Positions 1-11,169 of a DNA stretch of 64,000 nucleotides are shown here, in pieces. This stretch comes from Rhynchopus sp. YZ270_cl-10 (lineage: Eukaryota): positions 186,001 to 250,000 of the forward strand of contig OZ037833.1 of assembly GCA_964035575.1 (NCBI GenBank), written 5' to 3'. Position 1 is the stretch's first letter, and each line of letters opens with the position of its first letter. A program made the translations under genes and the position numbers. The notes under the pieces were generated by a model that was not told the origin of the DNA, did no database searches, and saw only the letters and a list, made by a program, of their open reading frames with translations.

Positions 1-485
1 TGACTCTGTAGTCCCCAACAAAAGGGGATTCGTAAGAGATCACAAGGCATACCGATGAGAGAAGACGTGACTTCAGAAAGGCTTGTGTGCCTCATTGGTC
101 ACGTGGAACAGGAAAAGAAAACAGAAGAGAACTCAATTGAATATGGGTCTTGCTATGATTCACATGAGCGAAGCGATTGGATGTATCGAAGCATATTGGG
201 CACGGGTGGGCTGCACGAAGTACGCAAGAAGTGCGATCACCCCCTTCAGTTCTCCACGGGTTATCGAACCCCAGAGAGCACTTCATTGGTATGCACACAG
301 TTGCCACGAGGGAGGTGGCCAGGAACATGACCATTGCCCCAACCGGAAAGGGAGGTATTTTAACGCAAAGCTTTAGCATTGCATGTAATCATAGATGAAA
401 AGAAAACTTGTACTATGAGAAAATGAGTCATCGCTTTTGGCGGGAAGGTGCGGGACAATGTGCAAGCAGTCTGCGTTGCACGTAC

Positions 486-1205
486 TCAGTGCTGAGAAGG
501 GTACTGCCCCGTGGGCATCATCTCTTTGCCCTGGACAACGTGCGTAGTAGGAGCCACAGCCTCCCCATCAGCAGTGTTGTTTGCAGGGGCAGCATCAGTC
601 CACCCAGTGAGGCAGAAGAGGAGGCAGTTCACGATACCAAGCCCAGCCGCAACAAAGATGAACGGAATCCCGTAGTTCAGGGAGCACTCAGAGAGGGAGT
701 GGTCGTTGTCACTCGAATGGAGCAGCGAGTCGTCGTTGATGAGGTTCTTGTGCACTGCACCCAGCAGGATCGAGCCGCAGATCACCGCAAACAACGCTCC
801 AAACAGGTGGATGAAGCCAGCAAACCTCTCCACAGACTGCGGCACGATGCCCACAAACTGTGCAACGTGCACACACGACGCAGCGAAGAACGTGATTGCA
901 GACAGAATGGCGAACGCCTGTGCTGACTCAAAGAGCGTGCTCACCTCGTCCAGGTCCTTTGTTTTAATGTCCTGTGAAAACGACGCACCACCAAACACGA
1001 ACGATTGCTTAGCTCTGAACAGCCCTGTCGCCGGCATGGGAAGCTCAGCCAACGCAGGCAGCATCGGGTGCAAGACAATGGGATGGTCAAGGGACACAGA
1101 GCAAGCCTTCGTCACACTGTCCTTCGTGGCAGAGGTTGCAATGATGAAGCATATCGCAATAGCACTGCACACCAGAAGCAGCGAGCGTGCAACGATGGTG
1201 AACAT
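486..1205 (-). CDS. Amastin-like tetraspan surface protein, copy 1
   Basis: First ATG MFTIVARS at 1205; N-terminal hydrophobic segment, amastin-type 'AQAFAILS' segment, three further TM helices and 'YGIPF' before the last TM. Confidence 0.75.
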   Translation of the reverse strand: MFTIVARSLLLVCSAIAICFIIATSATKDSVTKACSVSLDHPIVLHPMLPALAELPMPATGLFRAKQSFVFGGASFSQDIKTKDLDEVSTLFESAQAFAILSAITFFAASCVHVAQFVGIVPQSVERFAGFIHLFGALFAVICGSILLGAVHKNLINDDSLLHSSDNDHSLSECSLNYGIPFIFVAAGLGIVNCLLFCLTGWTDAAPANNTADGEAVAPTTHVVQGKEMMPTGQYPSQH

Positions 1206-2476
1206 TTTTTGGTTGTGTTTTATTTTATTTTTGTAAGAGGTTACTGAGTGGTGGTGTGGGTAGGGGTGCGTGTGAACGTTCGAGAAACATACACCTGAGG
1301 TGCCCTTTGTTGACAGTAAGGGGTGTTGTGAGCGAAGAAGCACATTGTGTATAGCGCACAGCAGGCGTTTGTTGCTAGCATTACTTATGCAAAATGATGA
1401 TCAAGTGTTCGTCTGTTCGTCCAAGGCGTCTCACCTACAACTGTTGACCAGCAGAACTATTGTGTAAGTGGTGGTAGGACTGCAAGTGCAAATAAGGAGA
1501 ACAAAAAGACACTAGGGTCGAAGGGGAAGCATTTTTATTCCATTTATTCATTGAAAAAATCAGGCACGGACTGGGTAGGGAAGGGACCGAGGTCTCTTCC
1601 CTACTTAGTGGGCCATTTCGACAGGGGGGAAGATATGGGTGAAAAAGAGATAGTGCAAAACGTCTCTGATATGCAGCCAGTGAGACTCCGTGGGGTTATC
1701 GAACACCCTCTTCGGACTGTATTGTTTTGCAGGCAGAAAGGAAAAAACAACAAAAGAAAGTTCTAAGCTGAATGTGCTCCTTTTGCACATCCTTCTAAAT
1801 TAACAGTTAAGTGACTGACACAAAAGAAATGGGGAGGGGTGCAGTGGGTGGGACGATAACAAATTATGAAACGATAAAGAAAACATGGCGGCCAAGGCAC
1901 ACAAAGTGCTGGGTCCAGTTCACCACTGTAGTTGGGCTCGCTCGACCCCAAGGAGACTCAACTGTGTGGGTGGACACGTGTGACTCTGTAGTCCCAAAGA
2001 AAAGGGGATTCGTAAGAGATCACAAGGCATGCCAATGAGAGAAGACGTGACTTCAGAAAGGCTTGTGTGCCTCATTGGTCACGTGGAACAGGAAAAGAAA
2101 ACAGAAGAGAACTCAATTGAATATGGGTCTTGCTATGATTCACATGAGCGAAGCGATTGGATGTATCGAAGCATATTGGGCACGGGTGGGCTGCACGAAG
2201 TACGCAAGAAGTGCGAATCACCCCCTTCAGTTCTCCACGGGTTATCGAACCCCAGAGAGCACTTCATTGGCATGCACACAGTTGCCACGAGGGAGGTGGC
2301 CAGGAACATGACCATTGCCCCAACCAGAAAGGGAGGTATTTTAACGCAAAGCTTTAGCATTGCATGAAATCATAGATGAAAAGAAAACTTGTAATAATAT
2401 TATGAATAAGAGAAAATGAGGCATCGCTTTTGGCGGGAAGGTGCGGGACAATGTGCGAAGTCTGCGTTGCACGTAT

Positions 2477-3196
2477 TTAGAACTGAGGAGGGTACGCCTT
2501 CACCGGCAGCATCTCGTTTCCTTGGACAACGTGCGAAGGAGGAGCCACAGCCTCCCCATCAGCAGTGTTGTTTGCAGGGGCAGCATCAGTCCACCCAGTG
2601 AGGCAGAAGAGGAGGCAGTTCACGATACCAAGCCCAGCCGCAACAAAGATGAACGGAATCCCGTAGTTCAGGGAGCACTCAGAGAGGGAGTGGTCGTTGT
2701 CACTCGAATGGAGCAGCGAGTCGTCGTTGATGAGGTTCTTGTGCACTGCACCCAGCAGGATCGAGCCGCAGATCACCGCAAACAACGCTCCAAACAGGTG
2801 GATGAAGCCAGCAAACCTCCCCACAGACTGCGGCACGATGCCCACAAACTGTGCAACGTGCACACACGACGCAGCGAAGAACGTGATTGCAGACAGAATG
2901 GCGAACGCCTGTGCTGCCTCAAAGAGCGTGCTCACCTCGTCCAGGTCCTTTGTTTTAATGTCCTGTGAAAACGACGCACCACCAAACGCGAACGATTGCT
3001 TAGCTCTGAACAGCCCTGTCGCCGGCATGGGAAGCTCAGCCAACGCAGGCAGCATCGGGTGCAAGACAATGGGATGGTCAAGGGACACAGAGCAAGCCTT
3101 CGTCACACTGTCCTTCGTGGCAGAGGTTGCAATGATGAAGCATATCGCAATAGCACTGCACACCAGAAGCAGCGAGCGTGCAACGATGGTGAACAT
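2477..3196 (-). CDS. Amastin-like tetraspan surface protein, copy 2
   Basis: Paralogue of 486..1205; 3 substitutions in the body and a divergent C-terminal tail. Confidence 0.75.
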   Translation of the reverse strand: MFTIVARSLLLVCSAIAICFIIATSATKDSVTKACSVSLDHPIVLHPMLPALAELPMPATGLFRAKQSFAFGGASFSQDIKTKDLDEVSTLFEAAQAFAILSAITFFAASCVHVAQFVGIVPQSVGRFAGFIHLFGALFAVICGSILLGAVHKNLINDDSLLHSSDNDHSLSECSLNYGIPFIFVAAGLGIVNCLLFCLTGWTDAAPANNTADGEAVAPPSHVVQGNEMLPVKAYPPQF

Positions 3197-3907
3197 TTTT
3201 TGGTTGTGTTTTATTTTATTTTTGTAAGAGGTTACTGAGTGGTGGTGTGGGTAGGGGTGCGTGTGAACGTTCGAGAAACATACACCTGAGGTGCCCTTTG
3301 TTGACAGTAAGGGGTGTTGTGAGCGAAGAAGCACATTGTGTATAGCGCACAGCAGGCGTTTGTTGCTAGCATTACTGATGCAAAATGATGATCAAGTGTT
3401 CGTCTGTTCGTCCAAGGCGTCTCACCTACAACTGTTGACCAGCAGAACTATTGTGTAAGTGGTGGTAGGGGGACTGCAATTGCTAGCGTTGACGCTTCCA
3501 CACACTGCCCACGCCTGGTGGTGGCGGTGTTACGGAGCACGACACTTTCCGCACAACAGTGGTGCTTAGTAAAAAAACAAAATGGGGGGACTCTCCTCTT
3601 TTTTCAGGTCTTTGTTTTAAATTCATTTTTTTTGGTCTCGAGATTTCTCCCGCATTGTGTCACGTTCCCTCTCACCAAGACCCTCCCGGAAGACGCCAAT
3701 CCAATGATTTATTTATTTCCATGTTTTATCCCGGGTTTCCAGCACGGGTTTCCCCTCCCCCTCCTCCCCCCAACTCCCCCAAAAAGAACCTTACCAGACC
3801 GCATCAACCCCAAGAGTCAGTGAACTCCTTCCTTTTTTGCCATCGTAATTTCCCCTTTTTGTACCCCTTTTTATTTTTTCAGCTACGCCGTGGTGGAAAC
3901 CCGCTAT

Positions 3908-5416
3908 TCATAAAAAATGCTTTTTTGGTAGGTATTTGAGGAGACGATGGCGCATTTTATAGAGGATAAAGGCGACGACGAAGCACCCCCCCATCACACG
4001 CACCACAAGCGACTTCACCCCGTCGTAGTACCGCTTCTGCCGCATCCCCTCGAGCCCCGTACCCTGCTGCGCACGGTGCGCCTTCAGCATCTCGTCATGC
4101 TCTTTGTACTCATCTGGCCGCAGCGCTTCCAGCTCCTCCCTCACCTTCGCGCCACCTGCCATAAGAGACTTCATCCCCAACCCTTCATACACCGCAGATC
4201 CATCCACCAAACGTTCATCAGGCTTCTTGCCATCCAACGAAATCCTCCACACATCGTTCATATACACATACGGCCTGTACGACTCACCACCAAAGATATA
4301 AAGATAGTGATTCACCGGGTCAATAACCCCTGAATGGAAATGACGGTTCAGCGGCTTCATGCCTCGAGAAGGAATCAATTCGGACCATGTCTGAGAGTAT
4401 ATATCAAACAGCCATATATCCGTCGTGCAGGAGCAGCCTGGCGCACAGAGGGCGCCTGCGTAAAGTACTAGGGTGCCTTCTGAGCCAAGACCAGCGTCAC
4501 ATTCAAAGACCATCCCACCGCGTTTGGTAGGCCACGTGCTTGCTTCTGGGATGCGGGTCCAAACGCGAGAGGCGATGTCGAGTTTCCAAAGGTCATTAGT
4601 GTTTTTGTAATCCTCACGTTTTGCGAATCCACCAAACAAATACGCGGTCCCTCCAATAACGCAGAGGCCATGCGATCTACGTGGATGTGGCCAATTTGAA
4701 ACCTCCTCAGACCATTTTTCCTCTAGTACGTCGTCCGGTGTGACGTCTTCGAAGTCGTTTGCGGCGACGTCGTAAAAAATGAGTTGATTTGTGTCTACAA
4801 TCTTAGAGGAATCGCCTTCTGGGATGTGGTGTGCATCGAGCTTCATCCCGCCGAAGATTAGTATATATTTCTTCTGCGATGGGGCCACATAGAGTGCCGC
4901 TGCGTGCCCTTGACGGGGTTGGAATTTTGTGAAATTTTGATATGCCGCGCCCCACTCCTCTTTGCGGGTGTGGAAAGGGACGACCTCGTTGGTGTATGCT
5001 CCCCATTGGTGGTTTGGGTGGTAGAGGTGCCCTCCGTCGTCGCCGCCGATGAGGAGGAGCGTGCCGTCTCCGATGTCGGTGATGGTGCTTTTGTAGCGCG
5101 CGGTAGGGGGGTTGGCGGTGGCGGAGCGGGGCTGCCGGAATTTGTTCCATTTCAACGCAACGACGTCGAACACCCAGGAGTCGCCAAACCACTGTGCCCC
5201 AGCATGGGCATGGTTGAAGCGGTAGCCGTGGGTCAGCACCACACCCAGCCCATCGACCCAGGCTGCTGTAGAGCCGTACCGGACAGTGGGTCGCGTAGGC
5301 AGGACAACGTCAGGAAGCGTGCCAGGGTCCAGCACCTCCCACGCCAGGTCGTCTGCGAGGCAGCCTACAACGCAGAAGGCGCAGAGCGCGACTGTGGGGA
5401 GGGTGGGGGTGCCCAT
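3908..5416 (-). CDS. Kelch/galactose-oxidase-type beta-propeller protein with signal peptide and C-terminal TM anchor
   Basis: 502-aa ORF; repeated 'R..H......L.IFGG.....ND.W..D' units; signal-like N-terminus; TM plus basic tail at the C-terminus. Confidence 0.85.
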   Translation of the reverse strand: MGTPTLPTVALCAFCVVGCLADDLAWEVLDPGTLPDVVLPTRPTVRYGSTAAWVDGLGVVLTHGYRFNHAHAGAQWFGDSWVFDVVALKWNKFRQPRSATANPPTARYKSTITDIGDGTLLLIGGDDGGHLYHPNHQWGAYTNEVVPFHTRKEEWGAAYQNFTKFQPRQGHAAALYVAPSQKKYILIFGGMKLDAHHIPEGDSSKIVDTNQLIFYDVAANDFEDVTPDDVLEEKWSEEVSNWPHPRRSHGLCVIGGTAYLFGGFAKREDYKNTNDLWKLDIASRVWTRIPEASTWPTKRGGMVFECDAGLGSEGTLVLYAGALCAPGCSCTTDIWLFDIYSQTWSELIPSRGMKPLNRHFHSGVIDPVNHYLYIFGGESYRPYVYMNDVWRISLDGKKPDERLVDGSAVYEGLGMKSLMAGGAKVREELEALRPDEYKEHDEMLKAHRAQQGTGLEGMRQKRYYDGVKSLVVRVMGGCFVVAFILYKMRHRLLKYLPKKHFL

Positions 5417-5484
5417 AGTTCTTCTCTATAGGGGTGTGCTCTGTAGTGTGTTTTGAGGGGTTGGGGGGTTAGGGGGTTGGGTTG

Positions 5485-5601
5485 AATGGTGGCAGTATTG
5501 TGATGGGAGCCATTGGAATACGCAAAATACATCAAAATACACGTGTATTGTGATGTATTTTGCGTATTTCAATGGGCTCCCATCACAATACTGCCACCAT
5601 T
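5485..5601. repeat. 117-bp near-perfect palindrome (hairpin MITE-like) in a G/T-rich tract
   Basis: AATGGTGGCAGTATTGTGATGGGAGCC... is mirrored by ...GGCTCCCATCACAATACTGCCACCATT around a central ACACGTGT. Confidence 0.85.
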
Positions 5602-6557
5602 GGGGGTTGGGGGTTGGGGGTTAGGGGTTAGGGGTTGGGGCTATTGGAGACGTTCTGAAGAGAGGGAAAAAAGATAGCGCATTTTTTTCTTTTTCACTCG
5701 GGGGTAAGGGGAAGGGAAGAGGAAGGAGTGGAAGAGGAGCAGAGTTATAAGGGGGAATATTGCCTAAAAAAGAATCTCACGAAGTTTACAGAAATATCAT
5801 CAACAAAAAAAAATGCACAATAAAAAGGCATCCCTCATATGTCACCCTCACTCTTCCCCTTCACCTCCAACATAGATCCCTTCACATATTAAAAGACAGA
5901 AGACGCATAAAAGAAACTTGACTTGAAATACAACAGCCACGTGAACAGTGTACCTTGGTACGGCGGGATGGCAGCTCACTTTCTCGCTAAGTGGTGAGCT
6001 TTTTCCCGAAGCTGCCAAAAAGAAAAAGTGCAAGACAAAATGAGCCCTCTTGCGACTCATATTTTGCCAATGAAAAGTAATTGCTATCGGAAAAATAAAA
6101 TTTGACTCGAAATACAAAGTCCTCGTGACAGTGTAACAAGAAGCTGCCCAAAAAAAGATCAGGTATTTTTTGTACGCTCAAAAGCTGGAGCCCATTTTCG
6201 GCCAAAAAATTCCCCAAAATCCGGGGTTTGTAAAATTGACCCTACATCGATTTCAATACTATACCACCCTGGTTTGTGACCCGTAAGAGGGGCGAACGAA
6301 GGTTGTGGGAAAAGTGAATTTGACAGTGCAAAGCATCACCTTTGGTATAGATACCGACAAAAAAAGGGGGAGAGAAAAAAAAATAACAAAACGGACTGAT
6401 AATTTATCATAAAGAGAAAGGGTTTGTTCATGTGTTCAACACTTCTCCTCAATCTATCAAACCCCCTTCGAACAGACCTGACCTATAATAAGGCGGAATG
6501 CCACTACACTTACTTTTTAGGGGGAAAAAAGGGCTAGGACACGTTTCCTTCCTCCTA

Positions 6558-6703
6558 TCATAGAATGGAACGCGGATATGGGCGCCTTTTTTTTGCCCAT
6601 ACATGTATCCGCCCATATGGCGCAAAAATAGACCTAAATTGTTCATGTCCCGTTTTTTGGGGGTGCCCATATTAGCAGCTGTCCATATGGCGTTCCATCT
6701 ATG
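6558..6703. repeat. Small imperfect inverted-repeat element (possible MITE)
   Basis: CATAGAATGGAACGCGGATATGGGC vs the reverse complement of GTCCATATGGCGTTCCATCTATG. Confidence 0.4.
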
Positions 6704-6833
6704 TACTATAATAGAGCAACGAGAACACACGTTTATTGAGTTCCAAAAATCGTACCGTTTTTTTTGCCGCTTCTGACACTTTTTTTTCACAATGCGGTAA
6801 AACCCCCTGATTCTTCGCAATAACATCATCCAA

Positions 6834-8777
6834 CTATTGTCCAAGATTCGTACTCTCTGAGTCTTCATCATCTTCGAAGGGCGCTTGCATGACGGATCTT
6901 CGTCTGTTCTGCGGCCGTGCTCTGGACACTACAGGGACACTGTCAAGGAAATCACCCTCATCACTCGAGCTGTCCCACCCTCCAGGAATCTCTCTAGAAT
7001 GCCGCAAGACAGGCACCGCCACGTCTACTGCGTCTCCTTCCCCCTCTGCTCCCTCCTCCTCCTCCTCCCCTTCTGGGAAGGGTGCAGCGGGTGTTGGTGG
7101 AGCTGCTTCCCCTGACTCTGCAATGACCACCTCTACCTTCTGCTTTTTCTTCCGTTTTTCCTTTTTTTCTCGTTTTGGTGACGCTTTTGGGGCTTCTGCA
7201 GGGGGCTCTCTGTGGGAGAAATATTTTGCAAGATCGGGTCGAAGCCTTGCTGTGGTGCGGGTGTCGAAGACCTCGGTCCTGCGGTCGACCCCATCGACGG
7301 AGAGGAGGGTGCGTGCTTGGGGATCGCTTTCGAGACGTTCCCGTTCGTAGTCGCGCTCTTTGTCTACATGGAGACTTCGAGCCGCAGCGGCTCGGGAAGG
7401 TTCTTGAAATGCGACCAACACCGCATGACTCGCAGGCAAAGCTTCATGGACCAACCCTCTAACCCATACTGTACCACTCCCTTTTGCCTTAAGCAGCTCC
7501 ACCGCTATCCTTGCACCGCACGATCCAATTTTTTGCACCTTTTTTTCTATCCGTCCCCAAAAGGCACCGCCTCCCCTAGCGCTTAGCCCCTGCAGGTTCG
7601 CGAGCAGAACCTTTGTGAGTGTGGGGGCTTCTTTGGTGTCTTCGAGGGTGGTCTCTATGCGGTCGGTGTCGAGCGGGGTGAAGCGGATGCGGATGTCTCG
7701 GACATCAAACCTGCCTGCGCCTGAGGAGCCTGTAGTGTTAGAGGAGGAGGAGGCTTTCCAGGCTTGGGGGGGGACGTCTTCGGGAAGGACGCAAGAGATT
7801 GCGTCGGTGTCGACAGGGGGGGCAGGGGGTGCGCGTTGAGTGGTGCGTGGAGGTGGGGTGGTGCGGTTGATGGTGGTGGTTTCGTGCATGCTTGTGTCGG
7901 AGTCGGAGTGGCGGGGGTCGAATTCGTCGCCAGTGAGCGCCTTCCCGCAAGCAGAATAGCTTGTTTGAGCGAAGAAGACGTTGTCGCTCCGCAGCCCCCA
8001 GCGGGTCCACCGTTGGTTTGAATGTTCGTAGAGTTGTAGGCTCCACCCAGGGTGCTCGGAGTCCACCGCAGATCGCCAGCGTGGTGACCGTGATGTTGTT
8101 TCCAGAGAAACGTCGTGGCCGCTGCGGATGTCAGAGTCAGAGCGGTTCACTTCAAAGCAGAGAGAGTGGAGGGTTTCGGACTCTGGGGCGGAGTTGCCTG
8201 AAGGGGGTGTGTGGTGAGGGGGAAGAGGGGAGGAGGAGGGCATACCAGTCATGGCAGTGTAGAGGTGGGAAGGTATCCTAGTAATGTGCACCAAATACGC
8301 AGCAGGGGTGCGCGGCATTACCAGGAGAGTCGGTGTTGGGTGGTGGATGTGTGCCATGGGGTCGTTCGCTGTGAGGAGGGTGGGGAGGGCGCAGTTGTGG
8401 GAAAGCACGTAGGAGCCAACGGGGACGGTTGCGGGGAGGTTTGAGTGTGCGACAGCGACGCGGGGCACGCCGTACTCATCGGTGACGTTGATGAAGGACA
8501 AAGGGCAGGTCGGGAACATCTGCACCTCCACGGCGCTTGCGGTGCAGCCACGCTCCAATTCACCTTCCACTACACAGGCGTTGCACCACAACCCACGCTT
8601 CGAATCCCAACACCGCCCACACACCAACGCACCACACTTCCTGCAATGATGCCGCCGCACCCACACAAACGCACCAAACGGCTGCGCACAGTTCATACAA
8701 TGCTTATGCCTCGTGTCTCTCTCCCAATGAGCTGGCATCTCCTCCCCCTTCACGCGCCGTACCAATGTACGCAACAT
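6834..8777 (-). CDS. FYVE zinc-finger protein
   Basis: WxxD...CxxC...RRHHCRKCG..VC..C...CxxC motif at the N-terminus; 647-aa ORF. Confidence 0.85.
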   Translation of the reverse strand: MLRTLVRRVKGEEMPAHWERDTRHKHCMNCAQPFGAFVWVRRHHCRKCGALVCGRCWDSKRGLWCNACVVEGELERGCTASAVEVQMFPTCPLSFINVTDEYGVPRVAVAHSNLPATVPVGSYVLSHNCALPTLLTANDPMAHIHHPTPTLLVMPRTPAAYLVHITRIPSHLYTAMTGMPSSSPLPPHHTPPSGNSAPESETLHSLCFEVNRSDSDIRSGHDVSLETTSRSPRWRSAVDSEHPGWSLQLYEHSNQRWTRWGLRSDNVFFAQTSYSACGKALTGDEFDPRHSDSDTSMHETTTINRTTPPPRTTQRAPPAPPVDTDAISCVLPEDVPPQAWKASSSSNTTGSSGAGRFDVRDIRIRFTPLDTDRIETTLEDTKEAPTLTKVLLANLQGLSARGGGAFWGRIEKKVQKIGSCGARIAVELLKAKGSGTVWVRGLVHEALPASHAVLVAFQEPSRAAAARSLHVDKERDYERERLESDPQARTLLSVDGVDRRTEVFDTRTTARLRPDLAKYFSHREPPAEAPKASPKREKKEKRKKKQKVEVVIAESGEAAPPTPAAPFPEGEEEEEGAEGEGDAVDVAVPVLRHSREIPGGWDSSSDEGDFLDSVPVVSRARPQNRRRSVMQAPFEDDEDSESTNLGQ

Positions 8778-9009
8778 TGCAAGAAGAAGGAGAAGTCGAA
8801 GAAGGAGCGTTTGGTCAGAGGTATAAAAAGTGTGTCACCTCGGGCGGTGTAAAGAACAAACCAGGGGTGAGGCGGCGGGGGGGGATAGGCAACACAGCCC
8901 CCCTCAAATTGTGTGCATGGAACAAAAAGGGGGTGTGGAGGGAGTGTGTTGTGTGTTGCTGGTGGTTTGGTATTCTTGGGGGAGTTATGTTTTATTACGA
9001 ATGATGAGG

Positions 9010-9085
9010 GGGTCACGGGCCTCATGCTGGCGGCGTACGGAGGGCAGGGTGGAGACCGTCACGCTACCTCCTGGGTGTGGGATAT
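9010..9085 (+). pseudogene. Frameshifted ankyrin-repeat fragment
   Basis: Reads GVTGLMLAAYGGQ, then VETV..YLLGVG across frameshifts; a related copy lies at 27366..27428. Confidence 0.5.
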
Positions 9086-9764
9086 AAACTCCTGCTGAAA
9101 CATAGGTGGGGGGTGTGCTGTGTTGTTGTTATGAATACAAGTACAGGGAAAGGTGTGGGACGTATGAGTCCCGCACATTTGAAAGTAAAGAGAAATAGGA
9201 TGACCCTGAGCCTCTCGGCTCGTAGTCAACCTTGAAGAAATGGTAAACTTGGCACCGAAAGATGGGTCCTCTAAGTGGGGTGGTATCTTCGATAGTCGCA
9301 GAGAAAAATTGAGAACGGATGCATCCCGAGGTCACACAAAAAGGTACTTATTGTTGCAACGGGTCTTCGCAGCAAAACGTTGTCTCCAGTAGAAAAGAAG
9401 ACATGTTGGCAAGATGGACCATGCCCTCTCGTTACTTATCAAAAGTCAGAACAAACGAAACGTTACCTTGTGTACCATGTCCAACGCGTGCTCGTTGGTA
9501 TCTCCCGGTATCTCCCTCCGTACCTCGGAAGCTGTCCCATGACCTCTGACCTATGCCTATGCCTGGTCATCATCACCTCATCGTAGGAGGGCTGACCTTG
9601 TGAAACACTTCCCGGTCTGACGTATGGGAACCGGTGGTTGTTTTCTTTGCGAGGGGGTGGGGCTTGGTCTGTATGCCTTTCCGTTCAGGGATGTGGAGAA
9701 CATTTCCTATTCACGCTAAACACCAAAGGCCTTGGCGTTCAAGTCAACATCCACGACCACCTCT

Positions 9765-11036
9765 TCACCTCCTACTTAACGACTTCAGCCGCGACAGCAG
9801 CCCTTGGTTCTCTGACCGCAGCCGCGCCAGCTCCGCATCCTGGCTTGCACTGCTTGGCGGCGGTACCACATTTCCCACATCTTTCCCTTCAAACCTCTTC
9901 ACCTTAGGCACATACGCACGAGGCCTCTCGGGGAGCGGCGAGGGGATGATGTTGTGCGGCGCCTGCGCGAGGAGGAGGTTGCTTTGGTTTGAATAGTCGT
10001 TGAACGGTCGACGCACACTGGGCGACTGCACTTGCGGCTTGGAGACCACCCCCATATGCGTGGTAAGATTCTCATGCGCCACGTACTGCCGTATCCTCTG
10101 CGGCCTTGCTGCAGGGATGGCACTGATGTACGCCCCCTCCACCTGCCTCTTCCCCGAGGCCCGCTTCTCCGTCTGCACAACCTGCGTGCACGCCTTCCTC
10201 CCCTGGGTGCACCCCCTCCGAAACTCCGCAACACTCGCCGCATTGTGCTCCGGAGAATCTGCCATTCTCGGCAACCACTGCTTCGGGTTCCTCGTTGCTT
10301 CATTAGGGTTCCCCACTGCAGGCACGTTTGTATCATAATAAGCAAAGGCGCTGCAATGTGGGTCGCCTTTTAGCACAACATCGGCACCGTCATCAACTAC
10401 TATCACCCCTGGTCCGTCTACGCCACGCACCGGGCTTCCTACCCGGCCTTTGCCTACTGGGTGTTGTGTGTTCTCCACTGATTCAACCCGACGTTTTCCT
10501 GTTGGTGTTGAGGCTTCGGGGGTGAATGAGGCAACCCTTTGCATGCCGTTGTCGACGCGAAGGCGGTTGGCAGGTCCAGAGAGGGATCGGCGACGGTGGT
10601 GGGATTGTGGTTGGTCTGATTCGGGTGGGTCCTGGCGACGGCGGCCGGAGCTGACTGCGAGGGGCGGGAGGGTGGTGGAGAAGAGCACGCTGCGCATATC
10701 GGTGCTTGGCGTGCTTCTGCTGCGTGCGTTGCTGTGGGCGGTGTTGGTGTTGCTGTGGGAGCGCTTCCCCTTTACCCTTGCAGACACATCATAGTCATTC
10801 GCCGTATTTGCCAAAGGGTTGTGTGGGTTAAACGACGCCGCCCCTTGGCTTCCACTCCGCTTCCCCCGCGGCCACTCATCCGTGCCTGCGTTCTGCATAC
10901 TGTGGAACTGCCGGCGGGTGGACCCAGAGATGGAGCGGGAGTGTGGCGACGTCGCAGTAGGGGTGGGGGCAGACCAGCCTTCCAGCAGAGGGTTGCGGTT
11001 AGAGTCCTGACGGCCACGGCTTCGACCACGTACCAT
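9765..11036 (-). CDS. Hypothetical Arg/Ser/Pro-rich protein with C-terminal coiled coil
   Basis: 423-aa ATG-initiated ORF co-oriented with its neighbours; no recognisable domain. Confidence 0.7.
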   Translation of the reverse strand: MVRGRSRGRQDSNRNPLLEGWSAPTPTATSPHSRSISGSTRRQFHSMQNAGTDEWPRGKRSGSQGAASFNPHNPLANTANDYDVSARVKGKRSHSNTNTAHSNARSRSTPSTDMRSVLFSTTLPPLAVSSGRRRQDPPESDQPQSHHRRRSLSGPANRLRVDNGMQRVASFTPEASTPTGKRRVESVENTQHPVGKGRVGSPVRGVDGPGVIVVDDGADVVLKGDPHCSAFAYYDTNVPAVGNPNEATRNPKQWLPRMADSPEHNAASVAEFRRGCTQGRKACTQVVQTEKRASGKRQVEGAYISAIPAARPQRIRQYVAHENLTTHMGVVSKPQVQSPSVRRPFNDYSNQSNLLLAQAPHNIIPSPLPERPRAYVPKVKRFEGKDVGNVVPPPSSASQDAELARLRSENQGLLSRLKSLSRR

Positions 11037-11169
11037 GGTGTGGTTTTATTTATTTTCGAAAGCTGTTGTGAGATGGGGTTGCTAGGATTGGGGGATATAA
11101 ATATTTTGGTTGATTAATAATAGATGGTGATCTTGTATTCGCAGGATCCTTATAAAGGGAGAGGAGAAA

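Larger units (their letters stand above)
1..3470. repeat. Tandem duplication of an amastin-like gene unit (period ~1980-1990 bp); array probably continues left of the window
   Basis: 1..~1480 is near-identical to 1981..~3470 (tgactctgtagtccc... starts at both 1 and 1981); similarity ends after gtggtggtagg. Confidence 0.95.

Noticed and set aside
1206..1343. N-terminal extensions in the ORF track (amastin copies; also 60973..61179, 58613..58624)
   Set aside because: They start at GTG/TTG in UTR-like sequence; the first ATG gives a sensible signal or TM start.
5455..5640. Telomere or interstitial telomeric array
   Set aside because: Only a few irregular TTAGGGG/TTGGGG units; better explained as a C-rich tract upstream of a gene.
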